From Elusimicrobiota bacterium (GTDB lineage Bacteria > CG03 > SLGR01 > JAGXOG01): a stretch of 28,564 nt of DNA. Position 1 is the stretch's first letter. Each line of letters opens with the position of its first letter. Below the pieces are notes generated by a model, which saw only the letters and a list, made by a program, of their open reading frames with translations, was not told the origin of the DNA and searched no databases. Location: the NCBI GenBank assembly GCA_051745145.1, contig JBNJDT010000017.1, positions 1-28,564 on the forward strand. The letters are read 5' to 3'. Positions 1 to 9,643 of this stretch are shown piece by piece. Position numbers and translations under genes: made by a program.

Positions 1-720
1 CGGCAGCAGAGAAATGTTCAAAAAATGAAATTACTGGGGGCCCGGGTCATTCCGGTAACGGAGGGTTCAAAAACTTTAAAAGCGGCGGTTAATGCGGCCC
101 TCAGGGCCTGGATAAAGGAGCCCGGTAATTTATATTATCTTATGGGTTCCTGCGTGGGACCTCATCCCTATCCTTTAATTGTAAGATATTTTCAGTCGGT
201 AATAGGCAGGGAAGTTAAAGAGCAGTTAACCGGGCTTCCCGATTATCTGGTAGCCTGCGTGGGAGGGGGTTCTAACGCCCTGGGATTATTTCATCCCTTT
301 TTTGATAGTGAAGGTGTTAAATTTATAGGTGTGGAGGCCGCCGGGGCCGCTTCTTTAGTACAGGGCAAAATCGGAGTTTTACACGGGGCAAAAAGCTATT
401 TGCTGTTTGACAGAAACGGTCAAATTAAAGAGACACATTCGGTAGCTCCCGGTCTTGATTATTCCGGGGTGGGTCCCCAGCATTCATATTTTAAAGATAT
501 AAAAAGAGCCAGTTATTATAAAGTTAACGACGAAGAAGTTCTCAAGGCTTTTAACTGGTTAAGCAAAAAAGAAGGTATAATCCCGGCCTTAGAATCAGCA
601 CATGCTCTGGCCTGGACAATGTACCATAAAGATTTTAAGGCTGATGATACGGTGGTGATAAATATTTCCGGCCGGGGAGATAAAGATATGGATGAGGTAT
701 TAAAGAGGATAAAGTTATGA
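1..720 (+). CDS. trpB: Tryptophan synthase beta chain (5' end outside window)
   Basis: Frame is open from base 1 ([14 protein letters not shown]). Motifs [36 protein letters not shown] and NISGRGDKD are present. Overlaps trpA by ATGA. Confidence 0.97.
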   Translation, partial: RQQRNVQKMKLLGARVIPVTEGSKTLKAAVNAALRAWIKEPGNLYYLMGSCVGPHPYPLIVRYFQSVIGREVKEQLTGLPDYLVACVGGGSNALGLFHPFFDSEGVKFIGVEAAGAASLVQGKIGVLHGAKSYLLFDRNGQIKETHSVAPGLDYSGVGPQHSYFKDIKRASYYKVNDEEVLKAFNWLSKKEGIIPALESAHALAWTMYHKDFKADDTVVINISGRGDKDMDEVLKRIKL

Positions 721-1508
721 AAACTGTTAAACAAAAATTGAGGGAGCTAAAGGATAATAAAAGAACCGGTTTGAGCTTTTTTCTCACCGGCGGTTTCCCG
801 GATATGGAATATTTTAAGGATCTGTTACTGTTTTTAGACAGCGAAAATTTTGTTGATTTTATAGAGGTCGGCATTCCCTTTTCAGATCCGGTTGCCGATG
901 GTCCTGTTATTCAGGAGTCTTCTATGAGGGCAATAAAAAACGGGGCGACATTTACTAAAATTGTAGAGGCCGTAGGGGATTTAAAGAATCGTATTGAGTT
1001 ACCCGTGGTTCTGATGAGTTATTTGAATATTGTATATACTGACTGGAATGAGAAGCTGTCCCGGGCCCGGGATGCGGGGTTTTCCGCGATAATATTACCC
1101 GATCTTCCGGTGGAAGAACTCGATAAAATAACTGGCCCCGAAAGAAAAAAAATTTTACCTGCGGTTTTACTGACCACTCCCTCGGGTACTGAGGATAGAA
1201 TAGAAAAGATAACCGCTGCTTCTTCACCGTTTATATACTATGTCAGTTCATACGGGGTGACCGGCCCTAGAAATGAATTGCAAAAAGATCGACTGTCTGC
1301 GGATATACAGAAAGTAAAGAAAATTACTGAGAAACCCGTCTATTGCGGTTTTGGCATTTCTACTGCCCGGCAGGCTTCTTATATCTCCCGATATGCCGAT
1401 GGAATAATAATAGGTTCGGCAGTAATTGAATTAATAAATAAAGATAGAGAAAAATGCTTTAAAGATATAAAAAAATTTGGTATAAGTATTAAGAAAGCAA
1501 TAAAATAG
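717..1508 (+). CDS. trpA: Tryptophan synthase alpha chain
   Basis: [52 protein letters not shown]; follows trpB. Confidence 0.97.
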   Translation: MKTVKQKLRELKDNKRTGLSFFLTGGFPDMEYFKDLLLFLDSENFVDFIEVGIPFSDPVADGPVIQESSMRAIKNGATFTKIVEAVGDLKNRIELPVVLMSYLNIVYTDWNEKLSRARDAGFSAIILPDLPVEELDKITGPERKKILPAVLLTTPSGTEDRIEKITAASSPFIYYVSSYGVTGPRNELQKDRLSADIQKVKKITEKPVYCGFGISTARQASYISRYADGIIIGSAVIELINKDREKCFKDIKKFGISIKKAIK

Positions 1509-1528
1509 AAGAATTAAAGCTGGTAAAT

Positions 1529-2116
1529 ATGCCTCGAGTAAAAATTTCAGGAATAACAAATAAGAAGGACGCGCGCTGGGCTGCTCTTTTGGGAGTGGAG
1601 TATATTTCTGTTATTATGATTAAAGGCAATGAGAAAAAAGTTTCTCTTTCTAAAGCCCGGGAAATAAAAGAATTACTTCCCGCCTATACTAAATTTATAG
1701 CGGAATACAATAATGAAAATATAGAGAAAGATGAAATAGAGAAACTTAACCCTGATTATATTCAGATAAACGGTATCAATGAACCGGCTGTTAAAAGTTA
1801 TTTAAATGAAAATGATATCCAGTTAATACTTGAATTGAATTTTAAAAAACCTAAAATACCAGAGAATACGGATGCAGAACTATTTTTAACGCGGATTGAT
1901 GAGGAAGTCGATGATCTGGAACTGGAAAATATGTCGGAAAATTTAAATATGAAAAATACTATAGTAGAAGGTGATGTAGAGCTGGATTTAATAAAGAAGT
2001 ATTCAAAAAAACTTAAACCCAGAGCCTGGGGAATAAAAAATGTTATCAATAAATCCCCGAGAAGGATAGATTATAAAAAGATGAAAAATTTTAACCGGGA
2101 AATATCTTTAATATAA
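1529..2116 (+). CDS. Phosphoribosylanthranilate isomerase (TrpF)-like TIM-barrel protein with degenerate catalytic motifs
   Basis: N-terminus RVKISGIT..DA resembles TrpF RVKICGIT..DA. C-terminus KPRAWG...SPRRIDYKKMKNF resembles P.AVDVSSGVE..PG.KD...I..F. Length (195 aa) and trp context fit. Confidence 0.75.
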   Translation: MPRVKISGITNKKDARWAALLGVEYISVIMIKGNEKKVSLSKAREIKELLPAYTKFIAEYNNENIEKDEIEKLNPDYIQINGINEPAVKSYLNENDIQLILELNFKKPKIPENTDAELFLTRIDEEVDDLELENMSENLNMKNTIVEGDVELDLIKKYSKKLKPRAWGIKNVINKSPRRIDYKKMKNFNREISLI

Positions 2117-2118
2117 AT

Positions 2119-2940
2119 ATGAATAAAGAAAATATACCAGATGATTTATTTGAAAAGTGTCCTAAGTGCGACAGGGCAGTGTATTCTAAAAAGCTCAGAG
2201 AAAACTTCTGGGTCTGCCCCCAGTGTAACTATTATTTCAGGTTACCGGCCTCTAAAAGAATTGAACTTTTAATTGATGAAGGAACATTTACAGAATATGA
2301 TTCCGGGTTAACCGCTGCTGATCCCTTAAAATTTAAAGATAAAGTTCCCTATCCGGAAAGGGTTAAGAACTACAGGGAAAAGACCGAGCTGGAAGAGGCA
2401 GTTGTAGCCGGAGTGGGCAATATAGGGGGGCAGCCGGTTTCTATATGTATATTGGATTTTACGTTTATGGGGGGGAGCATGGGCTCGGTGGTAGGGGAAA
2501 AAGTTTGCCGGTCTGTAGACAGAGCAATTCAAAAAGGTATTCCGTTGATTTTAGTCTCTTCTTCGGGGGGAGCCAGAATGCAGGAAGGTATAATATCTTT
2601 AATGCAGATGGCCAAAACATCGGCGGCCATAGCCCGGTTGAGTAATGAAAAGATACCCTATTTTTCACTTATGTGTGATCCTACCAGCGGGGGAGTCTCG
2701 GCTTCCTTTGCTATGCTCGGGGATGTAAATATAGCTGAACCCAAGGCTCTGATAGCTTTCGCCGGCCCCCGGGTAATAAAACAGACTATAAAGCAGGAGC
2801 TTCCGCCCGGGTTCCAGAGCGCCGAATTTCTCAAAGAGCACGGTATGCTGGATATGATATGCCCCAGGGAAGATTTAAAACCCACCTTTGTAAAATTACT
2901 TAAATTATTTAAATGTGATAAATTAAAAAGAAACGGATAA
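2119..2940 (+). CDS. accD: Acetyl-CoA carboxylase carboxyltransferase beta subunit
   Basis: Zn ribbon CPKC...CPQC, FMGGSMGSVVGEK, SGGARMQEG, SLMQMAKTS, FAGPRVI, GFQSAEFL. Confidence 0.97.
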   Translation: MNKENIPDDLFEKCPKCDRAVYSKKLRENFWVCPQCNYYFRLPASKRIELLIDEGTFTEYDSGLTAADPLKFKDKVPYPERVKNYREKTELEEAVVAGVGNIGGQPVSICILDFTFMGGSMGSVVGEKVCRSVDRAIQKGIPLILVSSSGGARMQEGIISLMQMAKTSAAIARLSNEKIPYFSLMCDPTSGGVSASFAMLGDVNIAEPKALIAFAGPRVIKQTIKQELPPGFQSAEFLKEHGMLDMICPREDLKPTFVKLLKLFKCDKLKRNG

Positions 2941-4167
2941 TTGCCGGATTACGCGTTTCAGATAAAAAACTTAAAAAAAGTTTTAAATAGTTTGAATTCT
3001 CCGCATTTATCCCTTCCCGTTGTCGCGGTCGCCGGTACAAACGGTAAAGGTTCAACTTCTAATTTTATAAACAATATCCTTTTAAGGCATAATAAAAAAG
3101 TGGGTCTATATACTTCCCCCCACATATTCAATTTTAGGGAGAGAATTAAAATAGACGGCCAGCCGGTAAGTTTAAATGGTTTTAAAAAGGGTTTGAAAAA
3201 AGTAAGAAGGGGAGAAAAAAAAGTCGGGGTTAAACTTACGAAATTTGAAATTATAACTGCTGTGGCTATAGTCTTGTTTTCGGAATTAAAATGTGATATT
3301 GCTGTTATGGAAGCGGGGTTGGGGGGGAGACTGGATGCTACAAATGTATGTAAAAATAAAAAGGTTTCTGTAATAACACCGATTTCAAAAGAACATTCTG
3401 AATATCTGGGCAATAGCATAAAGAAGATAGCTTTAGAAAAAGCAGGTATAATTAAAGAAGGGGTACCGGTAGTTGATTTTTCAAATACAGCTGCGATAAG
3501 AAAAGAAGCCCATCGCCTGAAAAGCCCAGTTTATTCGGAAGGAGTGGAATACAGGGTAAAAGATATGCGTAAATCAGGGACCGGAAATTATAAATTTTCT
3601 TATTTGTCGGAGGGGCAAAAAATTAAAAATGTGGTTTCCGGTTTAAAAGGTAAATTTCAGGTACATAATGCCGCAGCGGCCGTCAGAGCTTGTTATACGA
3701 TTGGTTGTAAAAACAAAAAGAAATTAAAGACAGCGCTGCGGAAAACCGGGTTACCCGGCCGTCTGGAAGTATTCAAAAAAGCCGGTAGATGTATACTTGT
3801 GGATGCCGCTCATAATCCGGCTGCTGTAAAGGGAGTTATGGAATTTATACGGGAAAATAAACCTTCCGGCAGTGATTTGTATCTTATAATGGGAGTTTAC
3901 AAAGACAAAGATTATAGTAAAATGTTAAAAAGATTATCACCAAAAATAAAAAGGGCCCTGGTATTCACTCCCGAAAACGATAGAGCTTTAAAAGGTGAAA
4001 AACTCGCTGCCCTGTTAAAGGAAAAGGGAGAGGTCAAAGAGAGTTTTAAAGAATGCTATGAAAAGATGCTTGGAATAGCTAAAAAAGAAAGCTGGATAAT
4101 TATATGCGGTTCTTTTTCGGTGGTAAAACCGGCTCTAAAACTTTTAAAACAAAACAGCAATGATTAG
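2941..4167 (+). CDS. folC: Folylpolyglutamate synthase/dihydrofolate synthase
   Basis: VAGTNGKGST, YTSPH, EAGLGGRLDATN, EKAGIIK, PGRLE, DAAHNP, CGSF; accD-folC synteny. The TTG start is uncertain. Confidence 0.93.
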   Translation: MPDYAFQIKNLKKVLNSLNSPHLSLPVVAVAGTNGKGSTSNFINNILLRHNKKVGLYTSPHIFNFRERIKIDGQPVSLNGFKKGLKKVRRGEKKVGVKLTKFEIITAVAIVLFSELKCDIAVMEAGLGGRLDATNVCKNKKVSVITPISKEHSEYLGNSIKKIALEKAGIIKEGVPVVDFSNTAAIRKEAHRLKSPVYSEGVEYRVKDMRKSGTGNYKFSYLSEGQKIKNVVSGLKGKFQVHNAAAAVRACYTIGCKNKKKLKTALRKTGLPGRLEVFKKAGRCILVDAAHNPAAVKGVMEFIRENKPSGSDLYLIMGVYKDKDYSKMLKRLSPKIKRALVFTPENDRALKGEKLAALLKEKGEVKESFKECYEKMLGIAKKESWIIICGSFSVVKPALKLLKQNSND

Positions 4168-6181
4168 AAAAATATTTTTATCAGCAACTGTAATTTTTTT
4201 AACAGTCTCGGCCGGTGTTTTAAGTTCACAGGTAGATACTTCTACAGAAATCGTAAAAAGTACAGAGACGTCGGTGGTAGATATATATGCCGGAACTATG
4301 CGGTATGACAGAAAAGAGGATACAGTCACAGCCCGGGATTCGGTGAAGATGGAGTTCGGAAATTTAGTTCTTACCTGTGATGAGGGAACTTACCGGCGGA
4401 AGAAAAATTTAGTCCGGGCGGAGGGAAATATAAAATTTGATACTCCCAACTATCACGTAGAGGCGGATAGTTTAGAATATCATATTGCCGGTTCTACGGG
4501 AGTTATTTATAATACCACCCTGACTTCTAAGCCTTTGTATATATATGCGGATCTGATAAAGATAGTAAGTGAAGATGAATTTCTCATTCCCAGAGGGGGT
4601 ATAACTACCTGCGATCATCAACCGCCTCATTATCAATTTACGGGTACCGACATGAGAGTAAAGCTGGATTCCAGTTTTAGTGCATATAATGCTATCCTGC
4701 GGTTTGGCAGCGTCCCGGCTTTTTATTATCCGTATTATAAACAGAATCTGGGTCCCGAAAAAGGGGGGTTTGACTTAGATCTGGGAAGAAGTAACTCCGA
4801 GGGGTACTATGCCAAAGCTAAATTATCTTACCCGTTTTCAGAAAATTCCAGGACACATATCGGACTGGATCTTATGACAGAAAAAGGTATTGGATTTACC
4901 GGGGGCCATACTTATAATACAGATAGGGGGACTTTGGATTTAGATGCAACTTATATCCGGGATATTTTTAAAGAGAAAGCAATTGAAGAAGAATTGGATA
5001 TGGATATTGATGATGATGAATTTATTCTCAATTTACGGGGTTGGCAGGAAATATATGATAATTTAAGCGTAAGATATCGCTCGGATTATACTTCCAGTAG
5101 AGATTATAATTACTTGTACCGGGTATTTTCGGAAGAAGAGTACCACCAGCAGGAACTATTTTACAGAATGGGCCTGGAGTATTCAAATTCAAATTATCTG
5201 GCCAGTGTCTATGGAACCAGGGAAGAACAGTGGATTAACGAGCAGTATGAGATTACGGAAATAGCATCACCGGGAGCAAAACTTAAACTCTATCCCGTAA
5301 GACTGGGTTCATTTAATTTTTCAAGTGAATTTAATTATAAAAACAGATATGTAACAGACAACCGTACTATGCAGCCTTATTTTACCTGGGATAACAGTTT
5401 AGAAACTTCCTACAGGGTTGACCCGGCCGGTTTTTATTATTTTTCATTTTCGCCGGGAGTGGGTTACGACGGTTACTACAAGAGGAATAAATTAAATGAT
5501 GACTATTTAAAACACCAGGGTAAGTTTTTTACAGGATTTAATCAGGGTTTTTTTAAAAAGTTGTTTCTCAATACAGATTATAGTTTTAAGAAAAATATTC
5601 AGCCTCCCTATGATATTACCGAAAATACAGTCCGGGGACGAATTATGCTCCGCCCGTACAGTTTTTTACGACTTTCTTCCCAGTCCCGGTACAATTTCAA
5701 AAGTCAATCCCCGGGAAATTCTTTAAATGAATTAAATTTAAATATATCACCTATAGATTTTAATATCCGGAACAGGTTTGACTATGAACGCAGTAAAAAT
5801 CTGGAATGGCTTTTTGATGTAAATTACAAAAATACTCTGGGAACACGGGTAAAATATATTCATTCCTATTCTAAAAGACTGGAAGTGGAAAATAGTTTGA
5901 GATTTGCAGCGGGTTCTTTTAATATTTTTGGGGGAATTACGTACGATTTGGAAAAAATGAGTAATGGGAAATTTTATAAGTTCAGTGAATTTACCGAAAA
6001 ACAGTTAACATTAAACTGGGATATGCACTGCTGGGAATCGGAATATAAAGTAATAAAGCGGGGTAAGGATATACAGTTTTGGATTCTTTTCAATATAGAA
6101 GCGTTTCCGGATGATAAAGCCGGTTTATTCGGAAAAGTCGATAAAGAAGATGAGACCGATGTGAGATTTCACAGGGAATAA
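4160..6181 (+). CDS. lptD: LPS-assembly protein LptD-like outer-membrane beta-barrel with N-terminal OstA/beta-jellyroll domain
   Basis: Signal peptide, OstA-like beta repeats (A.G.V/I motifs), TTCD..PPHY, VPAFYYPY, aromatic-rich beta strands, and a C-terminal DMHCW motif typical of LptD. Confidence 0.75.
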   Translation: MIRKIFLSATVIFLTVSAGVLSSQVDTSTEIVKSTETSVVDIYAGTMRYDRKEDTVTARDSVKMEFGNLVLTCDEGTYRRKKNLVRAEGNIKFDTPNYHVEADSLEYHIAGSTGVIYNTTLTSKPLYIYADLIKIVSEDEFLIPRGGITTCDHQPPHYQFTGTDMRVKLDSSFSAYNAILRFGSVPAFYYPYYKQNLGPEKGGFDLDLGRSNSEGYYAKAKLSYPFSENSRTHIGLDLMTEKGIGFTGGHTYNTDRGTLDLDATYIRDIFKEKAIEEELDMDIDDDEFILNLRGWQEIYDNLSVRYRSDYTSSRDYNYLYRVFSEEEYHQQELFYRMGLEYSNSNYLASVYGTREEQWINEQYEITEIASPGAKLKLYPVRLGSFNFSSEFNYKNRYVTDNRTMQPYFTWDNSLETSYRVDPAGFYYFSFSPGVGYDGYYKRNKLNDDYLKHQGKFFTGFNQGFFKKLFLNTDYSFKKNIQPPYDITENTVRGRIMLRPYSFLRLSSQSRYNFKSQSPGNSLNELNLNISPIDFNIRNRFDYERSKNLEWLFDVNYKNTLGTRVKYIHSYSKRLEVENSLRFAAGSFNIFGGITYDLEKMSNGKFYKFSEFTEKQLTLNWDMHCWESEYKVIKRGKDIQFWILFNIEAFPDDKAGLFGKVDKEDETDVRFHRE

Positions 6182-6182
6182 G

Positions 6183-6210
6183 TTGACAACATTTGCAGTA
6201 ATGGTATGAT
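6183..6210 (+). promoter_or_regulatory. Sigma70-type promoter for the Crp/Fnr gene (probable leaderless transcript)
   Basis: TTGACA 6183-6188, 16-nt spacer, TGgTATGAT extended -10 (hexamer 6205-6210). ATG at 6219 has no Shine-Dalgarno. Confidence 0.7.
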
Positions 6211-6218
6211 AAAATAAT

Positions 6219-6902
6219 ATGGTATTAGGAGATATTTTAAAGAAAGTAACTATATTTGAAAATATTTCTTTATCTCATTTAAAAGAAATAGAAAATATAA
6301 TAAATACAGCAGAGTATGAAGAGGGTGAAGATATATTTTCCGAAGAGGATCCTGCCGATAAATTTTATATAGTAAAAACGGGCCGCGTAAAAATATATAA
6401 AATTTCCCATGAAGGACATATAAAAATTTATGATTATCTAAACGACGGTGATTTTTTTGGGGAAATGTCTATTTTAGACAGGCAACGCCGTTCTGCGAAT
6501 GCGGTTACAACAAAGAAAAGCACTTTATTTTTTATAACTTATAATAATTTTCAAAAGTTTCTTATAAATAATCCTAAAATACTTTTAACAATTTCTAAAA
6601 CACTCTGTAAAAGATTGAGAAAAGCGGATAGAGAGATAAAAATGTTTGCCTTCAGCAATGTCAGAGATCGATTTATAATGTGTTTAATTAATCTTTCCGA
6701 AAGATACGGAAAAAAGACCGAAAAAGGCATTCTTATACCCAATTATTTCACCCAGCAGGAGTTAGCTGATTTTGTGGGAACCGCCCGGGAAGTTATAAGC
6801 AGGTTATCTGCGGAATTAAATAAAAAGAAATTAATAAAAAAAGAAAAAAGAAATATATTAATACCTTCAGTCGCAGAATTAAAAAAGAATCTTATTGAAT
6901 AA
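6219..6902 (+). CDS. Crp/Fnr-family transcriptional regulator (cyclic-nucleotide-binding domain plus HTH)
   Basis: GDFFGEMS...RRSANA cNMP pocket; TQQELADFVGTAREVISR HTH. No N-terminal FNR-type Cys cluster. Confidence 0.93.
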   Translation: MVLGDILKKVTIFENISLSHLKEIENIINTAEYEEGEDIFSEEDPADKFYIVKTGRVKIYKISHEGHIKIYDYLNDGDFFGEMSILDRQRRSANAVTTKKSTLFFITYNNFQKFLINNPKILLTISKTLCKRLRKADREIKMFAFSNVRDRFIMCLINLSERYGKKTEKGILIPNYFTQQELADFVGTAREVISRLSAELNKKKLIKKEKRNILIPSVAELKKNLIE

Positions 6903-6975
6903 AGTTTAAAATTCTATAGAAAACTCTTCTTATGAAAAAATATTTTAAAAATGTTGTATAGGAGTTTAATGATAA

Positions 6976-7887
6976 ATGATAAATATAATTAAAGGAATTC
7001 TCATAGGAATAGCTAACATAATTCCGGGAGTAAGCGGGGGCTCTTTTGCTCTTATACTGGGGATATATACCCGGCTTATTGATTCTTTGAGTAAACTAAG
7101 TTTTAAGCTGCTGGTGCCTTCCCGGTTTAAAAAAGAATTTAAGAGAGTTGACGGGCTTTTTTTAATTCAAATTTTTACCGGGTCCATAATTGCCATAGCC
7201 GGGCTGGCCAGGGTAATGGATTATCTGCTTAAATTTTATCCCGCTCCCACACTTGCTTTTTTTGCCGGTCTTATACTGGTTTCGATTGCCATACCCTATA
7301 AAATGGTTGAAAATAAAAAGTTTAAAAATATTGTATACATACTGCCCGGATTTTTGGCTGTGGTTGGAATCTACCGGTTCTGGACTTTAAAAGCAGGTGG
7401 TGAATTATCCCTCGGGCTTGTATTTATAAGCGCAGCTATTGGTATATCAGCAATGGTACTTCCGGGTATCAGCGGTTCTTTTATCCTGTTGATACTCGGG
7501 GTTTATGAACCTATAGTGGGGCATGTTAAAAATTTTGTCAGTTTACCCCCCGATCTAAATTCTCTGCCCGTACTTATAGTATTTGGTTTGGGATGTATAG
7601 GGGGTATATTATTTTTTGTCAGGATAATGAAATATTTACTCCATAAAAAACGGGACAAGACTCTGGCTTTTCTGGTTGGTTTAGTGGCTGGTTCCCTGGT
7701 AGTCTTATGGCCCTTTAAAGCGTATCCGGATACGGCGGTTGTAGATAAAGTGGATATAGCAATAATAACGTCAAAAAATGTATTGCCGGGCTCTTTGGGT
7801 AACGCACTCTATTATTTACTTTTTTTTACCGCCGGAATTGTAAGCGCCAAGGGAATAAAACTTCTTGAAAAAATTGATAATAATTGA
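6976..7887 (+). CDS. DUF368 membrane protein (undecaprenyl-phosphate translocase family)
   Basis: Two repeated re-entrant motifs, ANIIPGVSGGSFALILGIY and AMVLPGISGSFILLILGVY, with multiple TM helices. Confidence 0.9.
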   Translation: MINIIKGILIGIANIIPGVSGGSFALILGIYTRLIDSLSKLSFKLLVPSRFKKEFKRVDGLFLIQIFTGSIIAIAGLARVMDYLLKFYPAPTLAFFAGLILVSIAIPYKMVENKKFKNIVYILPGFLAVVGIYRFWTLKAGGELSLGLVFISAAIGISAMVLPGISGSFILLILGVYEPIVGHVKNFVSLPPDLNSLPVLIVFGLGCIGGILFFVRIMKYLLHKKRDKTLAFLVGLVAGSLVVLWPFKAYPDTAVVDKVDIAIITSKNVLPGSLGNALYYLLFFTAGIVSAKGIKLLEKIDNN

Positions 7888-7897
7888 TAGTATTCAA
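7884..7897. promoter_or_regulatory. Possible FNR/Crp-family operator upstream of the glutaredoxin-TrxB genes
   Basis: TTGAT-agta-TTCAA is one mismatch from TTGAT-N4-ATCAA. The AT-rich context makes a chance match possible. Confidence 0.3.
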
Positions 7898-7931
7898 ATA
7901 ATTACGGTAGAAAAAAAAGGAGAATGTAAAT

Positions 7932-8165
7932 ATGGATATAACAGTGTATACAACCCCGACTTGTCCGCATTGCCGGAGGTTAAAAAAATTTTTAGATGAG
8001 AATAATATAGAATATCAAAATTTTAATGTCGGCGATAATAAGGAGAAAGCCCAGGAAATGATTGACAAAAGCGGCCAGATGGGAGTACCGGTTATTGATA
8101 TGGACGGACAGATAATTATTGGATTTAACAAAGATAAAATTAAAGAGTTGCTTAATATAAAATGA
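7932..8165 (+). CDS. Glutaredoxin-like protein (NrdH/YruB type)
   Basis: VYTTPTCPHC active site, SGQMGVPVI, IIGFN; AGGAG SD upstream. Confidence 0.92.
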   Translation: MDITVYTTPTCPHCRRLKKFLDENNIEYQNFNVGDNKEKAQEMIDKSGQMGVPVIDMDGQIIIGFNKDKIKELLNIK

Positions 8166-9064
8166 AAGAACTGGTTATAATAGGCGGTGGTCCCGCCGGA
8201 TTAACCGGCGCTATTTACGCCTGCCGGCAGAATATAGATTTTAAAATAATAACCAGGGATGTGGGGGGGCAGGCGGCTTTATCCTCCCAGGTGGAAAACT
8301 ATACCGGTTTTCATATGGTGACCGGAGAAGATTTAATAAATAAATTTGAAGATCACGTAAAGGAATTCGGGGTGGAAATAAAAGAGGGGGCAAATGTAAC
8401 TAATATACAAAAAAGCAGCGAAGGCTATAAGATAACTACGGATGACGGGGAATGCTGTGAAACACAGTCCATATTGATAGCTACCGGCGCCAAACCCCGG
8501 AGGCTCAATGTCCAGGGAGAAAAAAAATTTTTAAATAAGGGGGTGGCTTACTGCGCTGTCTGCGATGCCCCGATTTTCAGCGGAAAAGATGTAGCTGTAA
8601 TTGGCGGCGGAAATTCAGCTCTGGATGCCGTCCGGCAGCTTGTTGATATTGCCCAAAAAGTATATATAGTTACCGATGAAAAGCAGCTGGGCGGGGAAGA
8701 AATTCTCAGAGAAAAATTAATTAATAATTCTTCTGTTAAAGTAATAACAGAAGGTATTACAAAGAAGATAACCGGCGATAAGATGGTTGAAAATTTAGTG
8801 GTTGAGGTAAATGGAAAAATAAAAAGTCTGGATGTCCAGGGAGTATTTGTTGAAATCGGGTGGATCCCCGCTTCGGATTTTATAGATATAGTAGATAAAA
8901 ATTCTAAAGGTGAAATAATAGTTGATATAAATAACAAGACCAGTGAAAAAGGCATTTATGCGGCCGGCGATGTTACCAGTATTTCAAAAAAACAGATTAT
9001 AATTGCTGCAGGAGAAGGGGCCAAGGGGGCCCTGAATGCCATAGACTATATTTCTAAAGAGTAA
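8162..9064 (+). CDS. trxB: Thioredoxin reductase-like FAD disulfide oxidoreductase
   Basis: IIGGGPAGLT, ATGA, GVAYCAVCD redox pair, VIGGGNSA, GIYAAGDVT, AAGEGA. Confidence 0.9.
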   Translation: MKELVIIGGGPAGLTGAIYACRQNIDFKIITRDVGGQAALSSQVENYTGFHMVTGEDLINKFEDHVKEFGVEIKEGANVTNIQKSSEGYKITTDDGECCETQSILIATGAKPRRLNVQGEKKFLNKGVAYCAVCDAPIFSGKDVAVIGGGNSALDAVRQLVDIAQKVYIVTDEKQLGGEEILREKLINNSSVKVITEGITKKITGDKMVENLVVEVNGKIKSLDVQGVFVEIGWIPASDFIDIVDKNSKGEIIVDINNKTSEKGIYAAGDVTSISKKQIIIAAGEGAKGALNAIDYISKE

Positions 9065-9100
9065 GTAAATTTAAAAAATCATAATAAGTAAGGAGAAGAT

Positions 9101-9328
9101 ATGATTGATAAAGAATTAGTGCAAAAAAGTTTGGATAAGATAAGACCGGCCCTTCAGAGGGACGGAGGTGATGTCGTTTTAGAAGAAGTCACCGATGATG
9201 GAGTAGTGAAAGTAAAATTAACGGGGGCCTGTGCGGGTTGTCCCATGTCCCAGATGACTATAAAAGGAGGAGTGGAAAAAGCTTTAAAGGAAGAAATAAA
9301 AGAGGTTAAAGAAGTTGTTGCGGTATAA
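9101..9328 (+). CDS. NifU C-terminal/NfuA-like Fe-S carrier protein
   Basis: IRPALQRDGGDV, LTGACAGCPMS..T.K.GVE; AAGGAG SD. Confidence 0.93.
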   Translation: MIDKELVQKSLDKIRPALQRDGGDVVLEEVTDDGVVKVKLTGACAGCPMSQMTIKGGVEKALKEEIKEVKEVVAV

Positions 9329-9333
9329 AAATC

Positions 9334-9361
9334 TTGACAATACAGGATTAATAAATAAAAT
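9334..9361 (+). promoter_or_regulatory. Sigma70-type promoter of the rpsP operon
   Basis: TTGACA 9334-9339, 16-nt spacer, TAAAAT 9356-9361; AAGGA SD before ATG 9383. Confidence 0.7.
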
Positions 9362-9382
9362 ACGATTTAAAGGAATAAAAAA

Positions 9383-9643
9383 ATGTCAGTAAAAATAAGA
9401 TTAAAAAGAACAGGAAGACACAAAGACCCTCATTATAAAGTTGTTGCTGTTGATTCGCGGAAGAAAAGAGACGGCAAAGTTTTAGAGTATTTGGGACATT
9501 ATCATCCCCAGGATGAGTTCCCCAATATTAAAGTTGATATCGATAGCTTTGAGAAATGGGTAGATAACGGAGCAAAGGTTTCCGATACAGTAAATACGAT
9601 GGTTGCGAAACTTAGAAAAGCTACGACTAAGGAGGAAAAATGA
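9383..9643 (+). CDS. rpsP: 30S ribosomal protein S16
   Basis: MSVKIRLKRTG...PHYKVVAVDSR..RDG..LE.LG.Y.P, W...GA..SDTV. Confidence 0.97.
   Translation: MSVKIRLKRTGRHKDPHYKVVAVDSRKKRDGKVLEYLGHYHPQDEFPNIKVDIDSFEKWVDNGAKVSDTVNTMVAKLRKATTKEEK

Noticed and set aside
6969..6982. Tandem ATGATAA duplication at the DUF368 start
   Set aside because: A 7-bp repeat in AT-rich DNA. It creates a tiny out-of-frame ORF but there is no evidence of function.
7932..9328. Selenocysteine read-through in the redox genes
   Set aside because: All redox motifs are encoded with Cys, and the glutaredoxin TGA is an ordinary ATGA overlap with the next gene.
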